Positions 23,801 through 36,301 of a stretch of DNA of 64,000 nucleotides are shown one piece after another. Both the position numbers and the translations under genes were made by a program. The notes beneath the pieces were generated by a model. That model made no database searches, was not told the origin of the DNA, and saw only the letters and a list, made by a program, of their open reading frames with translations. Each line of letters starts with the position of its first letter. Within the stretch, counting starts at the first letter, position 1. The stretch is from Eledone cirrhosa (Eukaryota): assembly GCA_964016885.1 (NCBI GenBank), contig OZ024742.1:292392001-292456000 (forward strand), read 5' to 3'.

Positions 23801-26270
23801 ATCTGGATCCCTGTCTATGCGAACTATCATGGTTGACTATGCAGGTGACCAGTTTGTGGTCTGAATAGGCAACCATGTACAATTGTGGACAGCTTAACAT
23901 TTTCCTGCCTCTCTCTCTCTAATTAAGAATCTATCTAAATACAATCTAGATGTCCCGCTGCGATTTGTCCACGTCCACTGTGGTGCAGTCGGGAAATCTA
24001 GTCAATACCTATCGGCCAGTTGGAATTGGTCGATTGAATTTTTGAGGCTGTTACACCCCCGTCTAGTGGGTATGTTTCTACATAGTCCCAACGTGCATCT
24101 AGGATACCATTCCAGTCCCCCATTAAAAGCAAGGAGCAAGACGTTCCCAGAAAAGACTCTAGATGCTTAAAGAAGTCTGGCCGCGATGTCACAGTCCACC
24201 AGATAAACGACCACCAGTCTGAAGGCTCCACCTCCAATAGTGTTCACGTCTAGGGCCACCAGTCTACTCTCCGGGTCAAGTGTATTTGCTGTATTTTGAG
24301 GTCCAGGTTTTTCCGAAATATAACAGCCACTCCCCCTCCACCTCCTGGCTGACAGAGAGATGCGTAGATCTCAAAGTCATTAAAGATGGGGGTTAGTTGC
24401 TGCTTGTTGTGGATCCTGGACTCAGTGATGGCTATCACATCCATTCCGTGTGACCTAAGGTCGTTTAAAAGTTGTCCCTGTTTCCAGGGCATCCCTAGGC
24501 CACGCACATTCACACTTCCAACTCGTAAATTTGCCATGTTGGAGGAGAAGAGTTGGCGAAAAAGACAAAAAAGATGCACTTACCTTTTCGTTTCCAGGAG
24601 ATCGGGTTGTTCAATCTCCATTTGGGTGTTGTTGGGGGTGTTGGGTGGGGTTAGGAAACGTTTCAATAGGACGCGGTTTATGGGTTTTTGGCAGGGGTTT
24701 CCGACATCCTGCAAAAATTGTTCCTTTAGTTTCTGGTAGGTTTCCATCGAAACCCTTATCAGTTTTAGGTGTGGTGCAGAGTCTGACTTGACAAAGGTTT
24801 TCCCCTCAGTTTCTACTTTGGGGTCTTTGGAGATGACCTCCAACAGGTTTTTGTTGTTTATGTTAATGTATGTGTACTGTTGTTTGTTTTTTTGTTGTGT
24901 TGTTTTGGTTTGTTGTTCATTTTGCAGTTTTCTTTTTATGGTAGGCTTTTGTGTTTGGGGTGGTGCTGGTGTTTGTTTTGCTGGTAGTGGGGGGGGGGGT
25001 TGATTGTGGTGGTGTTTGTGTTGTTGTTTGTGTTGACGGTTGTGTGTTTGTGTTGGTGATTGGTGTTTTTGTGGCTTTGCGGTGTCTCTTTTTTTTTTTT
25101 TTTATTTCCAAGGCTCTCCTTCATCTTCGCTTGGGGATGGAGAAGTAGCCTCGTCTGATGATGAACCGTCATCAGGGGCGTGTGGGAGGGGTATGTTGTG
25201 TGGTGAGGGTGTGTTTGTTTGTGTGATTGTGGTAGTGTTGGATGGAGTGGGGTGGACTGTGTTTTTCAGGGGAATTGTTTGTTTTTTCTGTTGTTTGTGG
25301 TTGAACAGTTGTTTGTTTTTGTGTGTTTGCTTGTTTTGTGTGTTGTTGTTGTTGTGGTGGTGGTTTTGGTGTTGGTGTTGGTAAAAGTAATTTTTTTTTT
25401 TTTTGGGGGGGGGGTTGTTCGTAAGAGGGGACAGGAGGCCTTTAAATGCGATGTGCTTGCACATTTAAAACAATGTGGCCTCCCCACTTCTGCCAAAATG
25501 TGGATGTAATTGGTATTGTCTACTGGCACTCTTTCTGGTATCTTGGAAATTCTGTCTGGTTTCATTTGGACCAAAATTTCCAAGCTTGTGCCGTTACAGG
25601 TGTTTCTTGTGGATTTTTGAATCAACAGTATTGTGTCTTCATCCTCCTCCAAGAACCCTGCCAGAATCCCCCAGATGTTAATGTTGAGTGGTATATTAGT
25701 AATGTTTATTTTTTGTGTCCTTGTACGTAGGGAAAAAGATGTGTGTGGCAGAGGTCACCGGAGTCACTGAGTATTTTTGCACAAGGGCCTCGCTTTTGAA
25801 GAGCACCGAAATGCTTCCATATAGTTTAGCCCTTTGTATGAAATGAATGTGCGGCATTGTCTCTTTGAAGACGATTTCAATCTCGTCTTGAGAAAGGAAA
25901 GCCGTTTTTTTGTGTGTTTGAAATCGTGTGAAAAATCACAGTCATTCGCATTGTGTTGGCTTTGATTTGTGGTGGAGAGGTGATTTTAAATCCCCCTTTT
26001 TCTTCGAAGGTAACATTTTTTTCCCTCACTTATCATTTCCTTCGCATTGGAAATGTCAATATTTATAAAACTTTCTTTGCTTATTGCAGCAAAAGATTTT
26101 TTATGGTTGCTGTTGTTGTTGTTGTTCTCAATTGCTTAATTTGTGGTTGTGGAGTTCATTTGTGAAGTGTTTTTCCTTTGTTCAATATTTTTTTGTGTCG
26201 TTTTTGTTTTTTATAGGTAAAAAGACAAAAACTTACCAGCAAGATTGGCATGGCTTCCTCTATCTCAGAC
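20893..26270 (-). mobile_element. Degenerate L1/Tx1-clade LINE (copy 2, diverged relative of copy 1)
   Basis: Fragmented ORFs 21132-24537 align with copy 1 ORF2 (GDWN, SDHK, RPITLLN, YADD). ORF1 knuckle CFKCASTSHLKASC at ~25450. (GATA)n on both flanks. Confidence 0.92.
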
Positions 26271-26606
26271 AATTAGATAGATAGGTAGATAGGTAGATAG
26301 ATAGATAGATAGATAATGATATACATACACATATACATGCACACACATGCATACACACACATACACACATACACACACACACATATGTATATTGTGATAA
26401 GAAGGGCATCTAGGCTGAGAAATCTTGTCAAACAAAATATAGAGGGAACTCTTCAGTAGCACCAAAGACATGATGACCTCCCTAGTGCTTATGCCATGAT
26501 AAAATGCAGGCTTCACTCTGTGGAGTACAATACCAGTGCCACCAGTTGAGGACCTGTCAAATTCTTGCTAGCAAGAAAAATGGCTTTTAAATCATTATGA
26601 TGAGGT

Positions 26607-26637
<31 letters not shown>

Positions 26638-27170
26638 ATTGATGATGATGGTGATGATGATGTTGATAATGATGATGATGAGGATGATGATGATGATGAT
26701 AATGATGATATATTGGCAGGGGGAAATGGAAGTAAAATAATGACGATAATAATATATTGTAGTAATATATGTTATTAAAAATTATGAAATCTATTTAAAC
26801 TGGTATAAGCAGATTAATAGTCAAGAAAGGATGGTATTAGTAACTAATCTTTTCAATTTGTATGGAAAGATTACATTTACTTACCTTTGTATCACTTCTA
26901 TATATATTATATTGTATTATATTGAATTATATTATATCATACTAATTATATTATTTCTATAAATATTGTATATTATGTTATATTATATTATATATTGTTA
27001 TATTATATAATTGTTATATTATATCATAATGTATATCAAATATTTGTAGATACTGTTTATACATATCATCATATACACATACATCCATTCATATTGTGTA
27101 TATCGATACATACCTATATCTATTTATCTAACTATATATCTATCTGTCTCTCTATCTGTGTCTGTTTCTG

Positions 27171-27325
<155 letters not shown>

Positions 27326-27461
27326 GCTTTGCATTCATGAGATCCGTTCAATACCCTGCTTAACTTTGTATCAATCCCACTCTTTCATATTACCCACTCT
27401 ACTACCCCAAGTACTGAGTACTCTGGTGCATCTGGTCCACCTGATATCTTACCACATCCAC

Positions 27462-28561
27462 TGAATTCATAATCCCATATTTACGGCTATTATTTCTAGC
27501 GCCATGGATATGAGCCAGAATGCTGAGAAGGTCGTGTGCAAAACCACATGTATTAGGCTTGCGACAGATCAGTCTTAAGATTCTTATCTTAGGAGAAGTA
27601 ACTATAATTTATCTGGGTGCCTATTGAAAATCACAGAAAATTGATTACTTCACTAATAATTGTTTTATAAATAGTTGTTCCGTAATTAATTAATTATTTC
27701 ATTAGTATACCATCCCTTGTGAAACAGGTTTATATTTTGAAGTTCCGACCGATCTGCTGAAAAGGTTTGAATTTTGAAATTTAAACTTGTCTAGGCACCA
27801 GGCAGTTGCCATTTTACGTCTGTAAGTATAGATTTAATATTTAATATTTTCTAGATCGATACAGGCGGACTATATGTACTTGAATTAAGGTATTTCTATC
27901 TGGCTAAAAAATTATTGTCATTTTGCAAAAAAAACACATTAGTGTTGATCATATTTTTTTTAATTGTACTGTAATGCTCAGAAGTATTTTCTTAGAGCTT
28001 AATAATTGTATTTGACTACTAAATTGAAATAAATCTGCTCCTTCGGTAGAGCTGAATTCATAATCCCATATTTACGGCTGTTATTTCTAGCGCCATGGAT
28101 ATGAGCCAGAATGCTGAGAAGGTCGTGTGCAAAAGCACATGTATTAGGCTTGCGACAGATCAGTCTTAAGATTCTTATCTTAGGAGAAGTAACTATAATT
28201 TATCTGGGTGCCTATTGAAAATCACAGAAAATTGATTACTTCACTAATAATTATTTTATAAATAGTTGTTCCGTAATTAATTAATTATTTCATTAGTATA
28301 CCATCCCTTGTGAAACAGGTTTATGTTTTGAAGTTCCGACCGATCTGCTGAAAAGGTTTGAATTTTGAAATTTAAACTTGTCTAGGCACCAGGCAGTTGC
28401 CATTTTACGTCTGTAAGTATAGATTTATTTATTTAATATTTTCTAGATCGATACAGGCGGACTATATGTACTTGAATTAAGGTATTTCTATCTGGCTAAA
28501 AAATTATTGTCATTTTGCAAAAAAAAACACATTAGTGTTGATCATATTTTTTAAATTGTAC
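27462..28561. repeat. Near-identical tandem duplication of an unclassified sequence (period 590 bp, ~510 bp shared)
   Basis: CTGAATTCATAATCCCATATTTACGGC starts at 27462 and 28052, with only a handful of differences between copies. Confidence 0.9.
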
Positions 28562-28596
28562 TATATATATATATATATATATAGGAACAAGTAGGA

Positions 28597-28690
28597 CCCC
28601 GACGGCTGAGTTCAAGCCGTTTCGACGGCTAATTCTGGACTAAATGAAAATTTTTAGCCTGGTAAATGAATAGCCGAACTTCTCAGGGGG
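28597..28690 (-). ncRNA. Type I hammerhead ribozyme-like motif (core CUGAGAA); further copies at 32178-32271 (-) and 32544-32637 (+)
   Basis: CCCC-core-stem II (CGGCTA/TAGCCG)-GAAA-stem III (CGGCT/AGCCG)-UC-GGGG. Confidence 0.7.
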
Positions 28691-29794
28691 TAATTCCATA
28701 TATGGGAAAAGTGATTGTCACAAGGATTGGTCAAAAGTTTGTTGTTAAGACACATGATTCTATCATGGTATTTTGTGGGAGGTAGGGGTAGTTGAACTTG
28801 CCAGTAGAAGAAAGAGGGAGAGGGAGTGGAGGAAACCCAGTCAAGCATTGAAGGTGAAAACTACAGCAGATTCTAAGGATAGTGTATAGAAGGTCGAAAC
28901 AAGTATACTAGAGAAAGGGAGGGGGGGGGAGTTGAAACAATAAGTAAATCTAAATGGAGTAAATATATAAAAAATATAAAAAATATTAAAAAAACAATTT
29001 CTGGTTACTAGTCCCCTTCCACAATCATCAAATCTCTCACTGGTACTGCTAAGCTATAGAAAAGTTTAATAGGTGGGAAGGAATGCTAAATACGAGATTG
29101 TAGTGAAAGAATTTTATGAGGCCATCATTACAGGGGGTCTACCACCACTACAATAGTTAGTAGTAATCGGCCAAAGTTATCTTACAATGACAGGTCAACA
29201 AGTTGAGGACCAACATACTAAAAAAACTAATACGAAATATTAATTCAGAATCCCGAAACTAATACGAAATGTTAATTCAGAATCCCGAAACATGAATACT
29301 AATACAATAAATATAAGTACTGCTACAATAAGTACTGCTACAATACATAAATTCTAATACAATCTACATAAATACTCGTACAATATATATGAAAAACTAA
29401 TACGAAAAATTAATTCAGAATCCCCCAAAATAAATACTGATATACGAGAAACTAAAGCAGAAATACCACTAAGAAATCTAGAAATCACGGAAATGGGGCA
29501 GCAACCAGAGAAGAAAGCAAGTATCTGGGGTCTAGCACATCTGCTATAAAAAGCGAAAACGGCCAATTCTATCATAAAATAAGGGGGCTGGGGGTACTGA
29601 GGCTACAGAGGACCGAAGGGCTGCATCGGGGTGGGTGAGAAGGTGAAAAGAACGACGACAAAGAAGGAGATCTGGGGTGGAAGGACTAGGAAGGGATGGG
29701 GGGAATAAGGAAATATAGAGGAAACGATAAAAAATATATAAAAAGTATATATATATAAAAAGTTACGTCTACCTTTGTAAGCAGGGGTTACCCC

Positions 29795-31991
29795 TTACAA
29801 AGTCGGTAAGTGGGGTGTTTCAGCCCTTGTATACCCCCCCCCCTCCCGGTCATTATGGGGTTTGAGGGCGAGGTAAGTCCTACGCAATCTGTGTTTGTAT
29901 GCAGTTACCAGTTCGTCTTTCTTGTTTAGGAGTTGGTCCGTCGAAAACACCATTTGTAATGTTTCCTCTGAGCATAAGTTACACGGACGGCGTCCTCCCG
30001 TGCAAGAGTTGGCTCTGGACAGTAAGCTCCAAGTGAGATTATAGGTTATATTGTTATCTTTGAGGTCCCATATGTGGCCCGAAAGTGTAGTGGCGTGACG
30101 CCGGGTCGGGTTTCGGAAAGTATGTCTGTGTTGGTATAGCCGGGTCTTGAAGTCACAAGCGGTTAATCCTATATAAGCTTTGTTGGAGGTGTCCGTCCTC
30201 ACGTTGCACTGGTAGATCACATTACAATCTCTGCATCTGTTGTCGAGGGGGAAAAGGGATCCATAAGGACAGTTACACCTCCTGGTCGGCTCTCCACTGC
30301 TATCTAGGTTATTTCTTCCATAGGGGTTGAGTTTTTTGTTGTTAGAGGAGACGATGTTTTGTGCAAAGTTAAGTGTGGTGCTGTAGGAGAGTTTGGTGGT
30401 ATTTTTGTTGATTATGTTGTGGTAGCGGTGTTGTAGTGGGAAGTGTTTTTCGATGAGCCTAAAGAAGATTTTCCCGATAGGTGTTGTCACCTCGGCATTG
30501 TGGGGAGGATTGAACCACGTTACGTTGCGTGAGCGGCGGTGTCGCCTGCTGGTTCCGCTAATGGAAGCTGGAAAATAGGATATTTCCTCCCGGAAGCCAC
30601 TCCGCTTGAGGGACTGGCTGTAATAAGGCGCATGTTCCTCGAATATCTGCTCATTAGCGGACAAACGAGATATGCGGAGGGAGATGTTTTTAACCAGGTT
30701 ATTGGTGATGTTTCTAGGATGGTTCGACCGGCGGTGGATGTAGTGCAGGTTGTCGTTTGGTTTCCTGTATGGGTAGTACAGATCGTTATCGAGGTTAAGG
30801 GTAACGTCCAGGAAGTTTACTCGGGTTAGGGACGTTTGTAGGGTTATTTTAAATCCCCAGTCGCGGAAGAAGCTGATTAATTGTTTACGGACCCGGTTTG
30901 TACTACTGGGGTTGTACCCTTTGAGGGTAAGGAGACCATCATCACGGTACAATCCACTGCCGAATGCGGGAAACATATCGGTGAGTTTAAATAGTAGGAA
31001 TAATCCTATAAGATCTGTGACCTCAGCCGAATCCGTCGCGCCCATACTGACGTCGAAGGGGGAGTCGGGAGCTCTCTTTATCCATTTGGAGTTGTCGAAA
31101 AGTAGGACTGTCTTCCTGGCGTGGAGGATGATATTTCTTTCCTAGTCGGTGATGGACGCGAGTGTCTTGACAAAGTCTAAGGCGGCCGTAAGGACCGGTA
31201 AGGTAATTGAAGCATAGTAACTCTCTATGTCAAACTGGAAGAATTTTGTGTCTCGTTTGTCCTCCATATTGCTGAACCATGAGATTACTTCCTGGATGTT
31301 GACCCATAGGCTAAGTTTGGCGTTTTGCTTAACTTTTGGTATAACGCGGTCTAGGATTTTTTTTACTGATTCTCCCTATGTCGGACTTTGTTGGGTTTAT
31401 AAGCCTGATAGATGGTTTACGGTCGAAGTCGGATTTGTGGTCCTTCAGTGTGAAGTAGGGAGTCCGTGAGTCTAGGGGTTCCGTGCGGTCGGCGACCCCG
31501 AGGCTGGAGGTAATTTGTTGTCCATCTCGATTTATGCCCTCGATGCTTGAGTGGTTAGCCTTTTTATAGGTGGAGTTTAGGCTGCTCCTGATCAGTGTGT
31601 GGTATCTGTCGGGGTTGACGAAGTAGAGGTTACCAGTTTTATCCGAGTGCACTATGATGTCATTTGTGTTTTCATACTCTGTTAAATTGCTACGGAGTTT
31701 TTGTAGGAATCTGTTGTGTCTGGGTTTGAATTTAATGCTCTTGACCAGTTGGAAAAGGTCATTATCGAAGGGTGAGAGCAAAGGGTTCGGAGGGGGAGAT
31801 TTGTAGGTATTAAATCCGAATCTCTCCTTGGTATCGAAGTCCTGGTTGTCGCAATATCTGTCGTAGAAAAAAGTTCTCCATCTTTGTCTTTTCGCAAAGA
31901 GGTCGATTTTTTGCGTGAGCATCCAAAGGTAGAGTTTTCTCGGTTGGACTGGGATGTTCTTGGTAGAGAAGTCAATGTTGTGTTTTCACAT
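29795..31991 (-). pseudogene. Disrupted PLE RT/GIY-YIG ORF
   Basis: GLYRDDGL, FLDVTL, WFNPP, VIYQC..AYIG, CNLC. Stop at codon 2, further stop(s) and frameshifts. Confidence 0.9.
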
Positions 31992-32837
31992 GGTGCGGGT
32001 GAAAGAACTTGAGCTTATCGGAAAAGTCTGGATAAGGCGTGGTAGGGTCGGAAAGTGCTCTACTACCGGAATAGGAGCTAGATAACGAAGGAAATGTGGT
32101 AAGGAACCAGATGGACCATAACGCACCAAAGTACTCAATACTTAGGGTAGTAGAGTGGGTAATAGGAACAAGTAGGAGCCCGACGGCTGAGCTCAAGCCG
32201 TTTCGACGGCTAATTCTAGACTAAATGAAAATCTTTAGCCTGGTAAATGAATAGCCGAACTTCTCATGGGGTAATTCCATATATGGTAAAAGTGATTGTC
32301 ACAAGGATTGGTCAAAAGTTTGTTGTTAAGACACATGATTCTATCATGGCATTTTGTGGAAGGTAGGGGTAGCTGAACTTGCCAGTAGAAGAAAGAGGTT
32401 TCCTCCACTCTCTCTCCCTCTTTCTTCTACTGGCAAGTTCAGCTACCCCTACCTTCCACAAAATGCCATGATAAGATCATGTGTCTTAACAACAAACTTT
32501 TGACCAATCCTTGTGACAATCACTTTTACCATATATGGAATTACCCCCTGAGAAGTTCGGCTATTCATTTACCAGGCTAAAAATGTTCATTTAGTCCAGA
32601 ATTAGCCATCGAAACGCCTTGAGCTCAGCCGTCGGGGTCCTACTTGTTCCTATTACCCACTCTACTACCTTAAGTATTGCGTACTTTGGTGCGTTATGGT
32701 CCATCTGGTTCCTTACCACATTTCCTTCGTTATATATATATATATATATGATATTTATATAACCTTTGCTAGCAGGGAAAACGTGTCAAATGTTGATGTG
32801 TAAAATGAACATGAAACTGACGATGATGATGATATAT

Positions 32838-33942
32838 ATCATCATCATCACCGTTTTACGTCCGTTCTTCCATGCTAGCATGGGTTAGACGGGTTGTACA
32901 GTGAGTGCTGGGTGCTTTTTCCGTGGCGCCTACACGTCCACTTTACAGTGTGGGCTGGGTGCTTTTTTGCCGTGGCACCTTCACGACCACCTTGCAGTGG
33001 GAGGGTGTGGGGGGCATATTGTCTATATGCTTCAGCTTGTACCCATGGGAGGTCGGGTACTCTGTATTACTGCGTGACGCCAGAGGTCACGGTCGTGTGT
33101 CATCGCCTTAGAAAGGTGTAATTGGGTAAGGTCGGCTTTTATCACCTCATCCCAGGTCTTCTTGGGTCTCCTCACACCGCGGTTTCCATTGACTTCTACT
33201 GCTCTGCACCTTTTTATGCAGCTGTCATCCTTCATACGCATCACATATCCATACCAGCGCAACCGCCTCTCCTGCACACAGCATTTGATTCCTCTTATGC
33301 TTAGTCTCTCTCTCAATTCATTTATGCTTTGTCGTAATATTACTATTACACATCCATCGGAGCATGCAGGCTTCGTTTCTTTCTAATCTACGTAATTCTT
33401 CCACCTTCAGCGCCCAGGTCTCACTACCATGTAACATTGCTGTTCGGATACATGCATCATACAGTCTGCTTTTCATTTTGAGGGAGAAGCCTTTTGCAGC
33501 TAGCAGTGACAGTAGTTCCCTGAACTTCTTCCATCCCATTCTTACCCAAGTTATTGTACTTTCTGAACACCCACCTCCGCTGCTAATTCGGTCACCTAGG
33601 TAGCAGAAGCTGTCTACTGTTTCTACAGAGCCCTCCCAGAGATTGGTGGTACTTGTTTCTTGTGGCTGTTTGCTGCTTGCTGTCCCAGCACAACTGCTGC
33701 ACGTGAAGCCTACATTCTTAATTAAGCTTCCTGAGATCCCGCTACATCTCTTTTGTACCCATTGTTTGCATTTGGGGCAGAGAATGGAGTTCCTACCTAC
33801 ACCTTTCCTACATACTGAGCAAGGCCATTTCCCTGAGGGGATCTAGGTTCTGTTTTATCGACTACTTACAAGGACCTTAGTCTTTGTCATGTTGACTTTG
33901 AGACCCTTTCTTTCTAGTCCCTGCTTCCAAGTTTGGAATTTC
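32838..33942 (-). mobile_element. 5'-truncated RTE-clade LINE with PHD-like insert in the RT
   Basis: GLKVNMTKTKV-[Cys-rich insert]-VDSFCYLGD, HGSETW, RRLRWYG, RPKKTW, (GAT)n tail. Confidence 0.85.
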
Positions 33943-34042
33943 TTCCAAACTTACGTATATATATATAATAATTAAATTATTGTGTACAGTGCTCAGGTAC
34001 ACTACAACTCATCAAAAGTGCATGTATAGTACATAGAATAAT

Positions 34043-34227
34043 TGTTTCTACTTTAGGCACAAGGCCAGCAATTACCCAGTGTATTACTGGTACTTTATTT
34101 TATCGACCCCGTAAGGATGAAAGGCAAAGTCAACCTCGGCGGGATTTGAACTCAGATCGTAAAGGGACGTAACTATGCTACAAAGCATGGCGTCCGACCC
34201 TCTACCGATACTGCCAATCCACCGCCC
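34043..34227 (-). mobile_element. Full-length tRNA-derived SINE with 20-bp TSD
   Basis: TGTATAGTACATAGAATAAT at 34023-34042 and 34229-34248. Confidence 0.9.
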
Positions 34228-34249
34228 TTGTATAGTACATAGAATAATG

Positions 34250-35660
34250 TACAAATGTCAGGAAAGTGAACAATGTATGAGCCATGATATACATGTGAGC
34301 ATGTGTATGTAGGGGAGACATCAGGTGTAGTACCAAGTCAGTTACCAGACATCAGAGCTTCAATGTATCTATAACAAAATACTGGATTGTATGATGTTAA
34401 CAGCAGACGTTGTTTGTGTGTATAATATTTAATTAACGATTTGTGGTTATATAGAACAGTATAGTTGACATGTCAATGAATAGATGAAAGAATGAAGCAA
34501 AGTTATTAGTTACCGTTTGGTTGCCAGACGAACACGCCTGGCCGAAGACCAGGAGCCGAAAAGGCAAATGAGAGGGAGAGAGCTGAAAGTTATTCCCTTT
34601 ATAGATGCTGGAACGGAAGTGACAAAAAGGGCTGACACCCCAACGGGAAGCAACTCCAGCTACTTCCCGTCTAGAGAGCGTTACTCTATTGGTGATGTTT
34701 TCGTCACAACAAGGGAGGCAACTCTTGCTACATATCCATGCCCAGGGAAGCAAGGCGTTCAGAGTATGGTAGATGCCTGATGGAGGGTATTCGCTTGGTT
34801 GCACGTCTCTGAACAGGTCAATGTTCTGAGCAAGATAGGGGTTCCAGACTGGTGATGTAAATTCTAAGTGTGGCTGTACCATAGCTATATACAGCTGGAG
34901 AGCAGCTGAAAAAGGTCTTGCTGAGTGATGCCAAGACACTTCTTGACAATTTTAGAGATGTGCTTTGTCCAATGCAAATCACTGCTGACAGCAATGCCCA
35001 GGTCATGTTTGTGTTGTGGAGGGAGTATGTGGACACTGGGTTTTTCCTCCCAAAATGTATCAGTAGTAACACTAATAACCGTTTCAGGAGTAGGGTAAAG
35101 AGTAGACCCAAAGTGTTGTCACCTCTTTGTAGGGGAGGTGACTACTTGGGACCAGTTCGAGTCCAGCACTAGCTTGAGGAAATCATTTGCACTTTGCGGC
35201 CAGTGAAAGGTTTCCCAATCAATCTCAGGGTAATTAAAGTCGCCTGCAATAAAAACATAAGTGGCTGTTTTCCTGGCGGCAGCTCTGAGGATATCACAAA
35301 GCTGTGTGTCCTGATGGTAATTTGTGGGGGGTAAACAACTCCAAGTAGAAGTGTTGACATGATCATACGTATATCGCAAAAAAATACTTCTTGTTGTGAT
35401 TGGTATCAACGCAAGGAATTGCTGAGAAGTTTGAATGAATGTAGGCCATCACACCACAACAACGATGATTAATGCAGTCTTTGCAAAATAAGTTGTAGCC
35501 AGCTATGCTGAAAACCCCATCACAGAGTAAGGAATGTGCCCATGTTTCCGTGACTATAATAAAATTGGGGTCGATACTTTTGACATAAGAATCAAAAAGA
35601 TATATCTTATTGCATAAACTATGAGCACTTAAGAACAGCAATTTGTATCTTGATTTCAGT
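34250..35660 (-). mobile_element. Internally deleted CR1/L2-like LINE relic
   Basis: APE pieces (IIVTETW, AGDFNYPEIDW, QVVTSPT) joined to RT C-terminal pieces (IHFGRKNP, LYIAMVQPHLEF..VWNPY, PYSERLASLGM). Confidence 0.75.
34370..34732 (-). mobile_element. Solo LTR with 4-bp TSD inserted in the LINE relic
   Basis: Minus strand TGTAGCAA...TTGTTATA. TATC duplicated at 34366-34369 and 34733-34736. Removal restores ..ASLGMDTLKL.. Confidence 0.7.
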
Positions 35661-35823
35661 TTATGATGATGTGTATATATATGATATATATATATATATA
35701 TATAATCAATATGATACAATAGTAGTACAGCAGAACAGAATATGACAGATATGGGTTTGGGACACATGAGCAGTATAACTTTTTTCCATCTCCATGGGCT
35801 TATATTCCCAACTTATTAAACTA

Positions 35824-36301
35824 TCTAAACTATAATAAAGGAAGGTCTGCGGGATTGCGTACGGTTTTTTTTTTATCACGTTTGTAAAATAAGTTGAATT
35901 ACTTTGAATAAATTATGAATGAATATTACATAACTTATCTACTAAATTTTGTGGCTGTTCATTAAATATATTTTATTATTTATTTCATGATTCACTTCTT
36001 TAAAATTTTCAAATGTCAACACTTCCTGTGGCGATCGCTTAAATGAACGTATTAATTTTCTGTCACTAATTTTCTCCTAATGCAGTTTATATATAATATC
36101 GTCTTTTTTTAATGTATCATGGATTACGTTATTGATTACATAAGACAGTGTAACACAGTCTTCGTTCAATTTCTGTGTATATTGTTAATTACGATTTTAT
36201 TTGACGTATCATATCTACATGTATATATTCTTGCGTGTAATATCAATATACACACTACACATGCTAGCAGAAAACCACCCAAAGGGTGGTTTTTCTGCTA
36301 G
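35824..36301 (+). mobile_element. Probable non-autonomous Helitron
   Basis: A|TCTAAACTATAATAAAG 5' end, 3' hairpin and CTAG|T end, no TSD. Confidence 0.6.

Larger units (their letters stand above)
28582..32733 (-). mobile_element. Penelope-like element, probably Naiad clade (copy 1), with direct and inverted pLTR segments
   Basis: RT plus GIY-YIG ORF. The 3' terminal repeat (28582 onward) recurs at 32162 and inverted at 32417-32733. Both ends run into (TA)n. Confidence 0.9.

Noticed and set aside
27520-27570. Hammerhead in the 590-bp unit (CTGAGAAGGTCG...CGAC)
   Set aside because: No GAAA follows the putative stem II and there is no stem III.
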